Shown piece after piece: positions 53,401-64,000 of a stretch of 64,000 bases of DNA; the first letter of the stretch is position 1; each line of letters opens with the position of its first letter. Source of the DNA: Callorhinchus milii (lineage: Eukaryota); NCBI RefSeq assembly GCF_018977255.1, contig NW_024704742.1:53136001-53200000 (forward strand), given 5' to 3'. The notes beneath the pieces were generated by a model. That model saw only the letters and a list, made by a program, of their open reading frames with translations. It did no database searches and had not been told where the DNA came from. Both the position numbers and the translations under genes were made by a program.

Positions 53401-56400
53401 CGATACCTCACTTTGCAGTTGGCAGATAATGTTGGTCGGTCATTCACTTCGTGGGATTTTGTCTGTGGGATTTTGCTGTGAGCAAATTTGATGCCACGTT
53501 CGCTAACAAATTAATAGTCATTACACACTCGTTTAAAATCCTGAGAAGTTGGACTCAAGCATCTTGATAACGTGAAAAGGCTCTATATCGAATGCAAGGA
53601 ATATTTTGCTTCATATTATCTTATTAATCCTTACATGTATTAAGATCTTGCTCAACTCACGTGCTCTTCTTGAAGTCCTTATGCCAGTGCTATATGTTGT
53701 CTTACAGTATCAAGAGTCAAAGTGCTTCCTGACTTCTTCCACACGTGCACCTCATCTCATCTCTCCAGCTGCACACCTTAAAACTTTATGATCTCTGTCT
53801 TGTATCAAGCTGCCACCCTTAGGCTAGTTATTAGCTCACGTCAGGTGCAGTCATTCCCATTACAACTTCAACACACAAGCGCCACCTCCCCTCTCACAGG
53901 TTACACCTCCCCTCCGCTCGTCTCGTGCAAGCACGCTCCTTGACACTATCAACCTAACCACTTTCATCTTGAAAACAAAAAATACATACAGCCAGGCTGA
54001 TAAGGAGGCCTTTGATCATTTTATTGTGTGTCAACATCCGCGCAAAACAGCTGGGGCAGATAAGCCGTATGTCTGTAGCGATAGAGGCAGTCAGTTGGAA
54101 GGTAAACAAAGCAGAAGGCATAGCACAGATGCGTTAGTTCCTCCAGCAACGGAAGAAGCGGTGCACGCAATGATTTAATTTCTTATCTACCCCATTGCTT
54201 TCTCTTCTAAAATGCTACAAAGTATCTTAAGTGCTTTATCTTCACGGTCTATCTAACCACCCTTCCAAAAAAACCATGAATCCAAAATCACTGCAGTTAA
54301 TGATTGCTAATTATTTCCGTCAGCCGGGTGTCTGAGACATCTGGATGATGATTTCTAATATAATAATAATAATCTTGTCACTGGTGCATTCTCAACATTG
54401 TTGCACATGGAGAAATACAGCAAGCTTTGAGGACGTGTGTTTTGGGAGGTAAAGGAAGGAGCTTTCAATGTAATATACACAGCCCCCACTCAATATAAAA
54501 AACTCACCTTTCTTTCCCTCCCCACCCATCCAGTTATTAGAAAATGATATTTTATTACTTCTGTTCTAAGGCAAGTAAAATGTGAATTTTAATTCATCCC
54601 TTTTCCCCAGCTCCAGATACTAAACATAACAGATCTGAAGCTCATCAGCGCTGCTCAGCTGATGTTAGCTGTGGGCTCCATCAGTGAGCGGCTCCTTACA
54701 ATCAGCAGGGATCAGCATTCTTTATACTCCTGGATCCAGATCAAGAGATGTCAGTGTCAGTACTGATAGAGTACACAGGCTCTATAGAGCTGTGGGTGGG
54801 GGAGGGAGGGCTGGAGATTAAAAATCAGATTTCTTACAGGTCATTGGCAAACTGGATGAGGGTGGTGGCGAGTGGGGAGGGAATACTTTACATTGACAGT
54901 GTTTCTTACAACTATCCTGTTCTTTAAATAATAATTATATAATAATAATAATTCTTACATTTGATAAGCGTCTTATCATCATGTAATAATCCTTACATGT
55001 GACAAGTGCTTACCATGTTAAAATATCTCAGAGCATTTTACAGAGTTTATTTTTAAAAAGTGTAGTGACTGTATTTTGTAGGTGAACGTGGCAGCCAATG
55101 TTTGCGCGCCACTGTCCCACAAACAGCCAAGAAGTGAATGACCAACTTTGTTCTCTGGAAGATTGTTGGCAAAGACACTTGGAAAAACTGCTGTTTTGAA
55201 TAGTGGCCCGAGATCTTTAACATCCATACGAACAAGCAGCTGGGACCTCGGTTTAAACATCTTACCTGGAGGATGGCACTTCTGACAATGATGCGTTTCC
55301 CAAGCACTGCCCTGTGCTCTGATACGCTACCCGTATGAAGGGTGTTATATAAGTGCAAGTTTGTTGTTGCACTGGAGTGTCAGCCTCCACTAGGAGCTCA
55401 GAGTTCTGACCCTGCAACCTTCTCACTCGGATCACATTGAAGCCTGAATTGCATTAAATCTGCTCCAATCATGGGAGTTTAATGAAAGCACTGCTTTGCA
55501 CAGTTGCACATCCCAAGCCAAACACAGAAGGAACAGAATAGGCAATGAATAGAATTCAGGTCTGATGATAAAATACAGTCAATTCACTTCACAGTATATT
55601 CTGTGAAGCACTTTGAAAAATCTCGAAGACATGATAAGGTGTTATATCAAATGCAAGGATTATCATTATTAACATTCAGTCAGGTATACTTTTGGGTCAT
55701 CCCATTGAATGTTTGTGTTGAATGTCATCCACAAATTCAATGCCAGGTGATTAACACAGCTGCATTAAAGAACAGCGGAAAAGGATGCCCCTTTATTTAA
55801 TCTCAATACACTGTACAACCTGCCGTACAGCTGCCAAGCCACTGGCACGTGTGCAGTAAGGAACTACATACATGCCACACGTTTCCATTCTGACATGTTT
55901 CTCATTAGTATTTATCATTTGGGGGCACCTTAAAGCAATAATATCATCTAAACATTTGACACACATGGGATTGTTCCATTCGACACATTGAGAATTACTG
56001 GGTAAAGCTGTCTGAGCACATTGGTCCCTTCACTATGCTTAAGTGTATCCAAAACAAACTGAGAATTCCATGCAACCCACCTACACATGCAAATTCCAGA
56101 GATAAATTGTTGGAATGGAATGAAAGCACCTTTTATTATTACTGCATTTCTGGTAACTCAGTTCATTATCTAATCTCTAATAAAACTCACCCAAAACAAC
56201 ACATTGCCTTTAAGCCACTTTTCTATTGCTCATAGAAGATTATACGTGATTCTATGTACCTCAAACAATACCCTTTAATACACTAGCTCTGTGTTACAAC
56301 ATTAATTCCTGTATGGCGAGAGCTTCTGGTACTTTGGGAATTGTTTTTTTCATTGATGCAGTTACACAGAGACATTTATACAGAAGTGCTGCACAAACAT

Positions 56401-58455
56401 TTGAAAATACTCGGGTAAAAAGTGCAATGCGAGATTATCACATCGCAAAAAATTGTGATCAAAAAGTCTTTAATTAGTCAACAGGTTTTTCATATAATAG
56501 TTCTTGCATTTGATACAGTGTCCCATCACATCAGAACATCTCAAAGGGCTTAACAAAGTTTTTCTGCCAAGTGTAGTGATTACATTTTTAGATGAACGCC
56601 GCCGTCAATTTGCAGCCAGCAACGTCCAACAAACAAGTGAACACAGGCAGCAACAACATTGAACATAGATAGAGACACCCAAACTATGTGCCAAACCCGG
56701 GAAGTGTGTGTGTGTGTGTGTGTGTCTGTATGTGATGTGCTGAACGCTTACCTGCAAAGAGATTCAATTGCATCTCGATCTAGAAAGTCATGGTCTCTCT
56801 TCACTGAAGAAATATCGATGGGAAACAGCGAATCTGTTGTAGGAACAAGACAGATGCATCAGTGAAAAAAACAATTCCCAAACTACCAGAGGCCATCTCC
56901 ATTAAACAAACTAGCTGCCTATGTGCTGCAAAACAGACAAACCACTCCTTCAAAGTAAATAGCATTTCTTCATCATGTAAATCACCAGCAGAAAAAATGT
57001 CTCTTCTCTAAAGCCTTTGCATAAAAATATGTTAAAGGTGAGGAGGTCAAAGAGAGAAAGGAGAATGCGTTCTGAAAATTATACCTTACTGCTTCCACAG
57101 GAAAAAGCTGAAGGAGATTGTGCCAAACCTATCGTCCATCCAGTAAAGCATTCGGCCCTCAACCAACACTGACAATTGATACCTTCTAGCATTGGTCTCA
57201 ACCAGCAATCTCAACCAGAAACTTCATCTTAAACCAAAACGCTACCCCATGTGAAGGGCGCTGTATAAATGCAAGTTGTTGATTTTATTTCACATATGCT
57301 GGGGCCTGTTGTACTGCCTCACTGGCTGAGATACTAAACCAGCCCAGACCAAGGAACAAAACTGGTACTTTCTGCTTTGTACTGCTCTGTTTCACTTGAG
57401 GAAATAGCTTAACAATTGGATCACTAAAGAAACTAAATAAAATTATTTTGACCAAATTAACAAAATTAAATTCTTTACAATGATTTTTTAAAAAAGAATT
57501 CAGTCAATTTAATAACAAAACTTTTAAAAGGAGATAAGTTTTGCAAAATAAATTTCAAGTAAAAACACCCATTAGTCAAAGAAAGTAAACAATTTTCAGG
57601 AGTGATTTTGATGATTTTGGTGTGACTATTCTTTGTGCAGAAACATATAAGATATCTCTAAGTATCAAAAATTATCTTTTAGGTAAATTCAAATAGATAA
57701 AGATACTGTGGTGAAATTTAAGGTAATTTTATAATGAACTTCTTTAATAATTATCAGAAGGAATGTGTTTCGAAACCTCGCAAACGTCACCCCATTCATT
57801 TATTTTAGGAAGAAAATGGCCAGGAAAACTTGACAAGATCATAACAACGTCTGGCGTCTGCTCGCTCATTGTCTTGAGGTCTGACTGTCATCAATGGAAG
57901 GAAGGGCTGTATATAAAGAAGAGAGCCAGTGAGTCCCATCAGGCTCCTGCTATATTCTACTGATGTCTCAAAAGGGCAGTAAAAAAAATAAAAAGCCCAG
58001 CATGAAGGGTCAAAGCAAAAACAACCACACTTTCAAAACATCGCCCAGATTAATACTCTGACATACTTGAAAAATAACTACTTGTAACACCAAAGTTGAA
58101 ATCGTACAACTGTGTGTGTGTATGGGGAGAGGGGCGAGGGGGAGTGCAGTGGAACAAAGATTGTGGGATGTGATGTGAAAAATGTCATTCTTGATAATTA
58201 TTCAATTGGGGTTTTAGCTGCATTCGAATTATAACATTAAAATCTGGACTGAAGTGAAGTGAAAGACTTTAGAGTTACATGTACAGAGTTACCATATCAG
58301 AAAAGAAGCGATTATTTTCAATACACCTTTTAGCTGGCAACGGTGTGGAAGTGCAGTCACTGCACATCGTTCCTGTGTCTCACCTTCATATAGCTGGGCG
58401 TACTGTGGGAATCCCGCTGCCCGCAGCCAATCACATGCCTCCTTGGCTTCGATCT
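32309..58455 (-). CDS. DLC1: Rho GTPase-activating protein 7 / DLC1 (SAM, serine-rich linker, RhoGAP, START), 5'-partial; 13 exons, ~1080 codons
   Basis: complement(join(58384..58455,56752..56833,52969..53032,46802..48222,45947..46126,42850..43009,42375..42573,41009..41222,39155..39269,36181..36402,35557..35774,34640..34816,32309..32426)). All GT-AG, phases consistent. Motifs [54 protein letters not shown]. Synteny with TRMT9B favours DLC1 over STARD13/STARD8. Confidence 0.95.
33010..33395 (-). mobile_element. Deu-type SINE
   Basis: Reverse complement of tail, Deu domain and head. Confidence 0.7.
34640..34816 (-). CDS. DLC1: DLC1 exon, START (177 nt)
   Basis: [20 protein letters not shown]...[23 protein letters not shown]. 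Confidence 0.92.
35557..35774 (-). CDS. DLC1: DLC1 exon, START (218 nt)
   Basis: [18 protein letters not shown]...HLWDDDLL...[13 protein letters not shown]. Confidence 0.92.
36181..36402 (-). CDS. DLC1: DLC1 exon, START start (222 nt)
   Basis: [13 protein letters not shown]...[12 protein letters not shown]...AELAYKK. Confidence 0.92.
37100..37577 (-). mobile_element. Deu-type SINE with nested short L2 tail (37233-37293)
   Basis: Deu motifs; insert flanked by attac repeats. Confidence 0.68.
37578..39053 (+). mobile_element. 5'-truncated L2-clade LINE, second subfamily, antisense in a DLC1 intron
   Basis: [28 protein letters not shown]...LLDLSAAF...[10 protein letters not shown]...CADDTQLY; (TTG)n tail with a different stem-loop. 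Confidence 0.9.
39155..39269 (-). CDS. DLC1: DLC1 exon, RhoGAP end (115 nt)
   Basis: [38 protein letters not shown]. Confidence 0.93.
40003..40385 (-). mobile_element. Deu-type SINE
   Basis: ttaacatccacctgaacaggcagatgggg...ggtttaacgtctcatctgaaggacggcacctctgacaatgca. Confidence 0.78.
40475..40788 (-). mobile_element. tRNA(Ala)-derived CORE-like SINE, young subfamily, full length
   Basis: Intact anticodon arm CTCGC-TTTGCAA-GCGAG, A/B boxes, tail. Confidence 0.9.
41009..41222 (-). CDS. DLC1: DLC1 exon, RhoGAP (214 nt)
   Basis: [35 protein letters not shown]...[23 protein letters not shown]. Confidence 0.93.
42375..42573 (-). CDS. DLC1: DLC1 exon, RhoGAP arginine finger (199 nt)
   Basis: [21 protein letters not shown]...[25 protein letters not shown]. 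Confidence 0.94.
42850..43009 (-). CDS. DLC1: DLC1 exon, RhoGAP start (160 nt)
   Basis: [24 protein letters not shown]...YLRSQCLDQ. Confidence 0.93.
45947..46126 (-). CDS. DLC1: DLC1 exon (180 nt)
   Basis: [19 protein letters not shown]...[30 protein letters not shown]. Confidence 0.92.
46445..46652 (+). mobile_element. CR1-like LINE 3' fragment
   Basis: ggctgaatggccctcc...gtgctgtaaatttctatgattcta tail. Confidence 0.6.
46802..48222 (-). CDS. DLC1: DLC1 large serine-rich linker exon (1421 nt)
   Basis: [27 protein letters not shown]...[11 protein letters not shown]...ELDDILHHV...[16 protein letters not shown]; overlaps ORF 46723..48108. Confidence 0.95.
49665..49942 (-). mobile_element. Older CORE-like SINE, 5'-truncated
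   Basis: Reverse complement of tail and core up to aaacttgccca. Confidence 0.78.
52370..52785 (-). mobile_element. Deu-type SINE with nested SINE tail (~52452-52572)
   Basis: Deu motifs either side of the insert; aataata at both junctions. Confidence 0.7.
52969..53032 (-). CDS. DLC1: DLC1 exon, SAM domain end (64 nt)
   Basis: [21 protein letters not shown]; cag/gtaag. Confidence 0.92.
54930..55430 (-). mobile_element. Deu-type SINE with nested short L2 tail (~55310-55368)
   Basis: Deu motifs and a duplicated tail. Confidence 0.7.
56704..56725. repeat. (GT)n microsatellite near a DLC1 donor site
   Basis: gtgtgtgtgtgtgtgtgtgtgt. Confidence 0.9.
56752..56833 (-). CDS. DLC1: DLC1 exon, SAM domain (82 nt)
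   Basis: [28 protein letters not shown]; cag/gtaag. Confidence 0.92.
58384..58455 (-). CDS. DLC1: DLC1 exon, SAM domain start (72 nt)
   Basis: [23 protein letters not shown]; cag acceptor, gtgag donor. Confidence 0.93.
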
Positions 58456-58981
58456 CTGGGGGCAGGAAGATGAGAAATTCCATGGTTAGTTGCGGGCAGA
58501 GTACTTTGTGCTGAAAATACAAGCTATTTCTGCTTATTTAAAATATTGGAAACTGGGTAGGGCAGTTAGCTACACCATCCTTTCACTTTTAAAGTAAGAA
58601 ATTCCTCAGGTCACTGAAGTTACTGACTTTAATAATGTGCCTTTATCAATTGGGGAAGAAAAGGAAGTTGGCCACTCCTAATTTAAAATAACCATTGACA
58701 ACGTCGCTATCTTTACCAACGAGCAGAATTTCACCCCATCAGGAACTGGGTTTGAATGCAGCCTTGTTTCACGATAAGATCTTCTCTGCCATCATAAGGG
58801 GATGAAATTGTTTTTGACAGACAGCACCCAGCTCCTAGTGGACATAAGTCTATAGTGACTGATTGCTCAATGCATTGCAATTATTTGCACTACATTGTCA
58901 ATCTCATATGGATATGCTACAGGACGACTGGTTTGGAAATGTCTCGAGGTTCTGTTCTGGTCAGTTGTTTATATCCTACCA

Positions 58982-59332
58982 GTGGAGTCCAGTGGTTAGA
59001 GCATTTGCCTCGCAAGCGAGAGGTTTGATTCCCAGCAGAGCGATACCTTGGGTAAGTTTCCTTACTCCACACGTCTCTGTTTACCTAGCAGTAAGTAGGA
59101 ACCCATTTTTAGTCAATTGGCGGATTGTTTTTCCGGGGGTAATAATCCTTTTTAAAAAAATGTGGTCACTAATTTCACGACTGTTTGTGGGACACTGCTG
59201 TGCGCAATTGGCTGCTGCGTTTCATCCACAGAATATATAGTCAATTCAATTTGCAGTATATTTCGTGAAGCGCTTTGAGACTCGAAGACGTGATAAGGAG
59301 CTATATCAACTGCAAGCATTATTATTATTATT
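58982..59332 (+). mobile_element. Older CORE-like SINE with the long internal segment
   Basis: gtggagtcc head; tctgtttacctagcagtaagtaggaaccc segment; (ATT)n tail. Confidence 0.82.
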
Positions 59333-60249
59333 CTTGTTGAATAGTGAGCTCTTCTCTGATATTAGCTATGGTGTCCCTGACCTGGGAGTTCTGGCTGCTG
59401 ATAGTGAGCGTTCAGAAGATCATTCAACCTTGATATAGCTAAGCCTCTCATAGTTAGATCATCATAGCTAAGCCTCTCCCATGATAGCCACATGCATATG
59501 TTTCAGCATCAGGATACTAGGAATTAGTTGGGTTTCCTGCTTTCCAACTCTAGTGTCCCATTCTTATCTGAAGACTATAAAATTATTATTTGAAAATTAT
59601 TTTAAATTCATATCTGCAAAAATAACTGTCAAGATTCTCAGCAGGCAGTATTGGAGTGCAATAATGGACTGAAGTCTAATTCTTCCATATAGGACCACCA
59701 CCATATCATGACTAGAGATTTGTAATCTTTTAATACATCATTAAGCTGAATCCCCGATGGTCCTTTCACAGTTTAGAGAGACCTCCTTGTCAAGGCAGTA
59801 ACCAGCGCTGACAGTCAGCCTGCAGCGAATTAAACAACTAAATCTCCTAATCCCTTGGCACTGCTAGTCTCCACAGAATGGAATGTCTAATAAGACACAG
59901 GATACTTTTCCACCGCAATGACATGGAGTTGGCACTGAGCGACAGGATATAAGAAGCACACTTTGCACTGGGGATCAGTTAACACATTCGTACATCAGTG
60001 GATCAGCAATTGCAGTGGGGAGCAACATTTACAATTAGACAACATTTGGCCGTTTCTTATTCATGGGTTCAACATTTGTACATTCAACATTCATACAACT
60101 GATACAACTTCACAATGTCTCAATACATCAAAGTCTGTTTTTAGTAACAATGAAGTGAGGTTACTGTTCACTCAGTCACCATAGAGATCATATCCCCTCT
60201 TTGGAGCAGTGAGGAAGCAGACCATTTTGCTGCCTGCTTTAACTATACC

Positions 60250-61810
60250 TCCTAAAAAAACCTTGCTTGAACCCATCCCTGCTCACTAACTATCCCCCCA
60301 TCTCCAAACTCCCCTTCCTTTCCAAGGTTTAAAAGAGTTGTTGCTTCCCAGCTTCACTCCTTCCTCTCCTGCCACTCCCTTTATGAATCCCTCCGATCGG
60401 GATTTTACAAACTACCCACAGCACGGAAACAGCCCTGGTCAAGGTGACAAATGACATTCTGTCCATCTGTTACCAGGGCTCCCTCTGTCTCCTCGTCCTC
60501 CTCGACCTCTCTGCTGCTTTTGACACTGTGGACAACTCAATCCTCCTCCATTGCCTCTCCTCTCAACTCAACCTTCATGGTTCTGTCCTTGAATGGTTCA
60601 GATCCTATCTCTCACACTGGCTGCACTTTGTCTCCACAAATGGATCCTCTTCCAGCCCCTGCACCATCTTGTGTGGTGTTCCTCAGGGCTCTGTCCTCGG
60701 TCCCCTCCTCTTCAACCTGTATATTCAGCGCTTTGGGACGTCCTCCTGACGTGAAAGGCGCTTTATAAATGGAATCTTGTTGTTGTTGTTGTATATGCTC
60801 TCTCTTGGTGACATCATCCGCAGACATGGGATCAGTTTCCACATGTTCGCGGATGCCACCCAACTCTACTTCACTGCCTCCACCCTCGACCACAGGACCA
60901 CTGACTGTCTGTCAGAGATCAAGTCCTGGATGAGAGCTAACTTTCTACAGTTGAACCTCAACAAGACTAAGGCTCTCCTGATTGGCTCCAGTCAGTGCCT
61001 CCTCACCTCAGGCACTGGCAACATCAGTATCCATGGATGCACATTCCACCTCACTGAGCCAGTCATGAACCCAGGTGTCCTGTTTGACTCTAAACTGTCC
61101 TTTATACCCCACATCAGTGCCATAACCTGCTCTGCCTTCCCCCACCTCCTCAGCATTGCCCGACTCTGCCACTGCCTCACCCCTCAGGCTGCCGAAACCC
61201 TCATACGTGCCTTCCATTACATCCAGGCTCGACTATGGCAACGTCCTGCTCGTCGGCCTCCCCAACTCTTCCCTCCACGAGCTGCAGATCATCTAGAACT
61301 CTGCAGCTCATGTCCTCTCCCACACCAGACACAGTGACCCCACCACACCCACCCTCGCCCGGCTCCACTGGTTCCCATTCTTCAGAGGATAGAGTTCAAA
61401 ATTCTCGTCCTCACCTTCAAGGCCCTCCATGGCCTCGTACTCTCCTACCTCTCCAACCTGTAAACCCCTTATCAACCTGTCTTCTCCTCCGCTCAGCAGG
61501 CTCTGGCCTGATCCATTTTCCCCGCCCGTCCCGCCCTACCATCGGCAGCTGGTTTTTCAGCCACTCTGGCCCCATTCTCTGGAACTCTATACCACATTCC
61601 CTTTGCCTCACTCCCTCCTTTGCCTTCTTCGAGGCATGCCTTAAGACCCTCCTCTTCGACCATGCTTTCGGGCACCCTCCTACTCTCTCTGCCCTCCACG
61701 CTCCCTGATCCCAACCTACACCCCCGGGTCCTAATCCCTGACTGTTCAGGGCCTTGGGACGTCCTCCCGACGAGAAAGGTACTTTACAAATGTCATTTTG
61801 TACTGTATTG
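60250..61810 (+). mobile_element. 5'-truncated L2-clade LINE with a nested L2 3'-tail insertion
   Basis: LDLSAAFDTVD...[13 protein letters not shown]...FADATQLY; insert at 60725-60789. Confidence 0.9.
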
Positions 61811-64000
61811 TACTTTAGAACCCATACGTTTTTTCAAAGTACTGAGCTTCAAAGCACTGAATGCTACTTGTTAATTACTCCACCAGTCGCAAGCTTTCAC
61901 CTTCAGGATTTTTTTTCAACACTGTCAAATCTGAAGAATTATTCAGTGTTCATCTTAAAGAAGGACAGTCACTTTGCTGGAAAGCATTCTGGATGGCTCA
62001 TCTCTTCATCAGTCTGCACTCACACCATTGAAGGGGAGGACATATTTGTACTTTAACAGGTGGTATTTATTTTCTAGTCCAGGTTTTTACAGCAAGATCT
62101 TTGTTTTCTCAAATCAATCAAATAGTCTTTATTTTGTCTCCCCTAATATTCTTCCCCTTTCTCCCCTCTTCTCTGGAAGTGAGTTAATAATTCTTGCATC
62201 TGATTAGTGCCTTATCACGTTTAGACATCTCAAAAATGACTGGCCTCCCAACGACTCCCCAAATGCAAATACCTGTTGGTAGGTGTCAGCCTGGTTCAGC
62301 TAGTAGCATTCTTGTCTATAGGTCAGAAGGTTATGGATTCAAGCCACATGTTGGGACTTGAGCTAATTTACGTTGATACCCTTGTGCAACACTGAGGAGT
62401 AACCCTGATCTGGTCCTTGCTGAATATCCATATATCCCTAACATTTCTGTTTGCATATCTGGGTAAAACTGGGGCTTAGATCATTTTCAGATACAATTAT
62501 AACAATAATAATAATCCTTGCATTTGATATAACATCTTATCACATTTTCGAGACGTCTCAAAGTGCTTCACAGAATATACTGTAAAATGAATTGACTATA
62601 TTTTGTGGGAAATTCAGTCATTACTCCGTCAGAGGGAAAAAAGGTAGAAGCTATGTTTAAAAGAAAAGTGAAATATTCAATAATTATCTATGCTACCTTG
62701 TTCATGGTGTTTTAAGATATTAATATAAATAGTTCATTGATGTAAAGCAAGATTGCACTTTAATAAATGGCAACACGTTCACAGGGTAGATGCAGACTCA
62801 CAAGCTGTTGAAGCCCCTTATCCCTCAGGTAATAAGACCACAATTAAACGAATGCTGAATACCGAGACAGCTCCCAAATGCTTATTTGTCGCTTCTGAAT
62901 GGAGTGGCTTTGGTCTGACCACAAGACAGAAGATCCCTCCAGCCATAATGGCTCTAAGCAGCAAATACCAAAACAACCATATACATGCCAAACAAATGGG
63001 TTGTAAGATGGTCAACGTCACCCTGTCCCCTCAAAGGGTTGCTCTGACTATTCAAAACAACAGGAAGCCTCTATAGCCTTGAGTGCTGTTGAGGTGACAG
63101 AGCTGCTCAGAGCTCTAAGAGTTTAACAGACTCTGAAAATCAGCAGGGCTAGTCTTCTAGGTCCTCGCCTGATTTAAGCTATAAGAGATAGGAACTTCCA
63201 GTCAAGGCTGACACTCCAATGCAATACTGGGAGTGTGCTCTATTGTTGAAAGTTCCTGCCTTCATATGACATATTAAACTGTGGTCCCATCTGCCTGTTC
63301 AAGTGAACATTAAAGGTAAATCAAATCTTGTCTTTTACCATCTTCTAGGTAAAAAAAACAATTACCAGAAGTTCTAACTATCACATCACATAAGCATTTT
63401 TTCACCCTATCATTGCATTGAGGGGATTGAAGTGGGTAATAGATACACTAGAAATAACTGCGGCAACACTGTGGTAATTTTTTCCATATAAATGCATGAA
63501 TACTACAGAGCAAATGTCCAATGCCAGATTGACTACATCTCGTCGCTAGGTGGCTGTGTTCTCCATCAATGTTTTTGAATCAAACAACTAGGCAAACAGG
63601 TCCAAGAATCAATAATTAAAAAAGGCCTGAGGCATGGGCAATTTATATTGCAAAAAGATTCAATGGGTAGGGGTGGGGACAACCTAAAGGTGTTTGTATT
63701 TCTGTGTCAAGGTATTTATACCATCGAGGGGGCTGTTTGAATCCACACTGCACTCTGCAAGCAATTCTATTATAATTTCATTCAACTGCAACAAGACTGC
63801 AGTGAATCGGTTTCTTTTGTGAACAACTACTTATGCATGTGTAAAACATCCCTTAAGTAGCTCAGAACAGAGCTAACCTGGTGGACTAGTGGGTATGGGG
63901 AGCACTGAGCTGTCCACATCAAGTAGAACCTTTTGTCTACGGCTCCACTGTCCTGTGGAGGTGTTACTGCAGGTCATGTCATTTTCAGAATTGGTTTGGG

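Noticed and set aside
3127..62610. Recurrent taataatccttgcatttgatatagcg repeats as a CRISPR-like array
   Set aside because: Dispersed, irregularly spaced, on both strands; they are SINE 3' tails in eukaryotic DNA, with no cas genes
58456..64000. DLC1 first exon or promoter
   Set aside because: No CpG island and no recognisable MCRKKP-like first exon; probably beyond the window

Overview
Vertebrate genomic DNA, probably a cartilaginous fish (chimaera/elephant-shark-like; inferred from the repeat families, not provable here). It holds two convergent spliced genes. TRMT9B (KIAA1456) is on + with 3 coding exons at 15518-20341 (~452 aa, complete). DLC1 (SAM-RhoGAP-START) is on - with 13 coding exons at 58455-32309; its first exon(s) lie beyond the window. 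All introns are GT-AG and in frame. The rest is dominated by 5'-truncated L2 LINEs, CR1 3' fragments and tRNA-derived SINEs (CORE-like and Deu-like bodies sharing an L2-type tail). I found no prokaryotic-type system and cannot support a wholly new gene system. The most unusual signals are: a ~480-bp, ~97% identical inverted duplication (1629-2811); a young SINE subfamily whose 3' stem-loop matches the local L2 rather than older SINE copies; a local 131-bp segment captured inside a SINE; and a 25-bp hairpin just upstream of a TRMT9B splice acceptor. Repeat boundaries are approximate and all alignments were done by eye.
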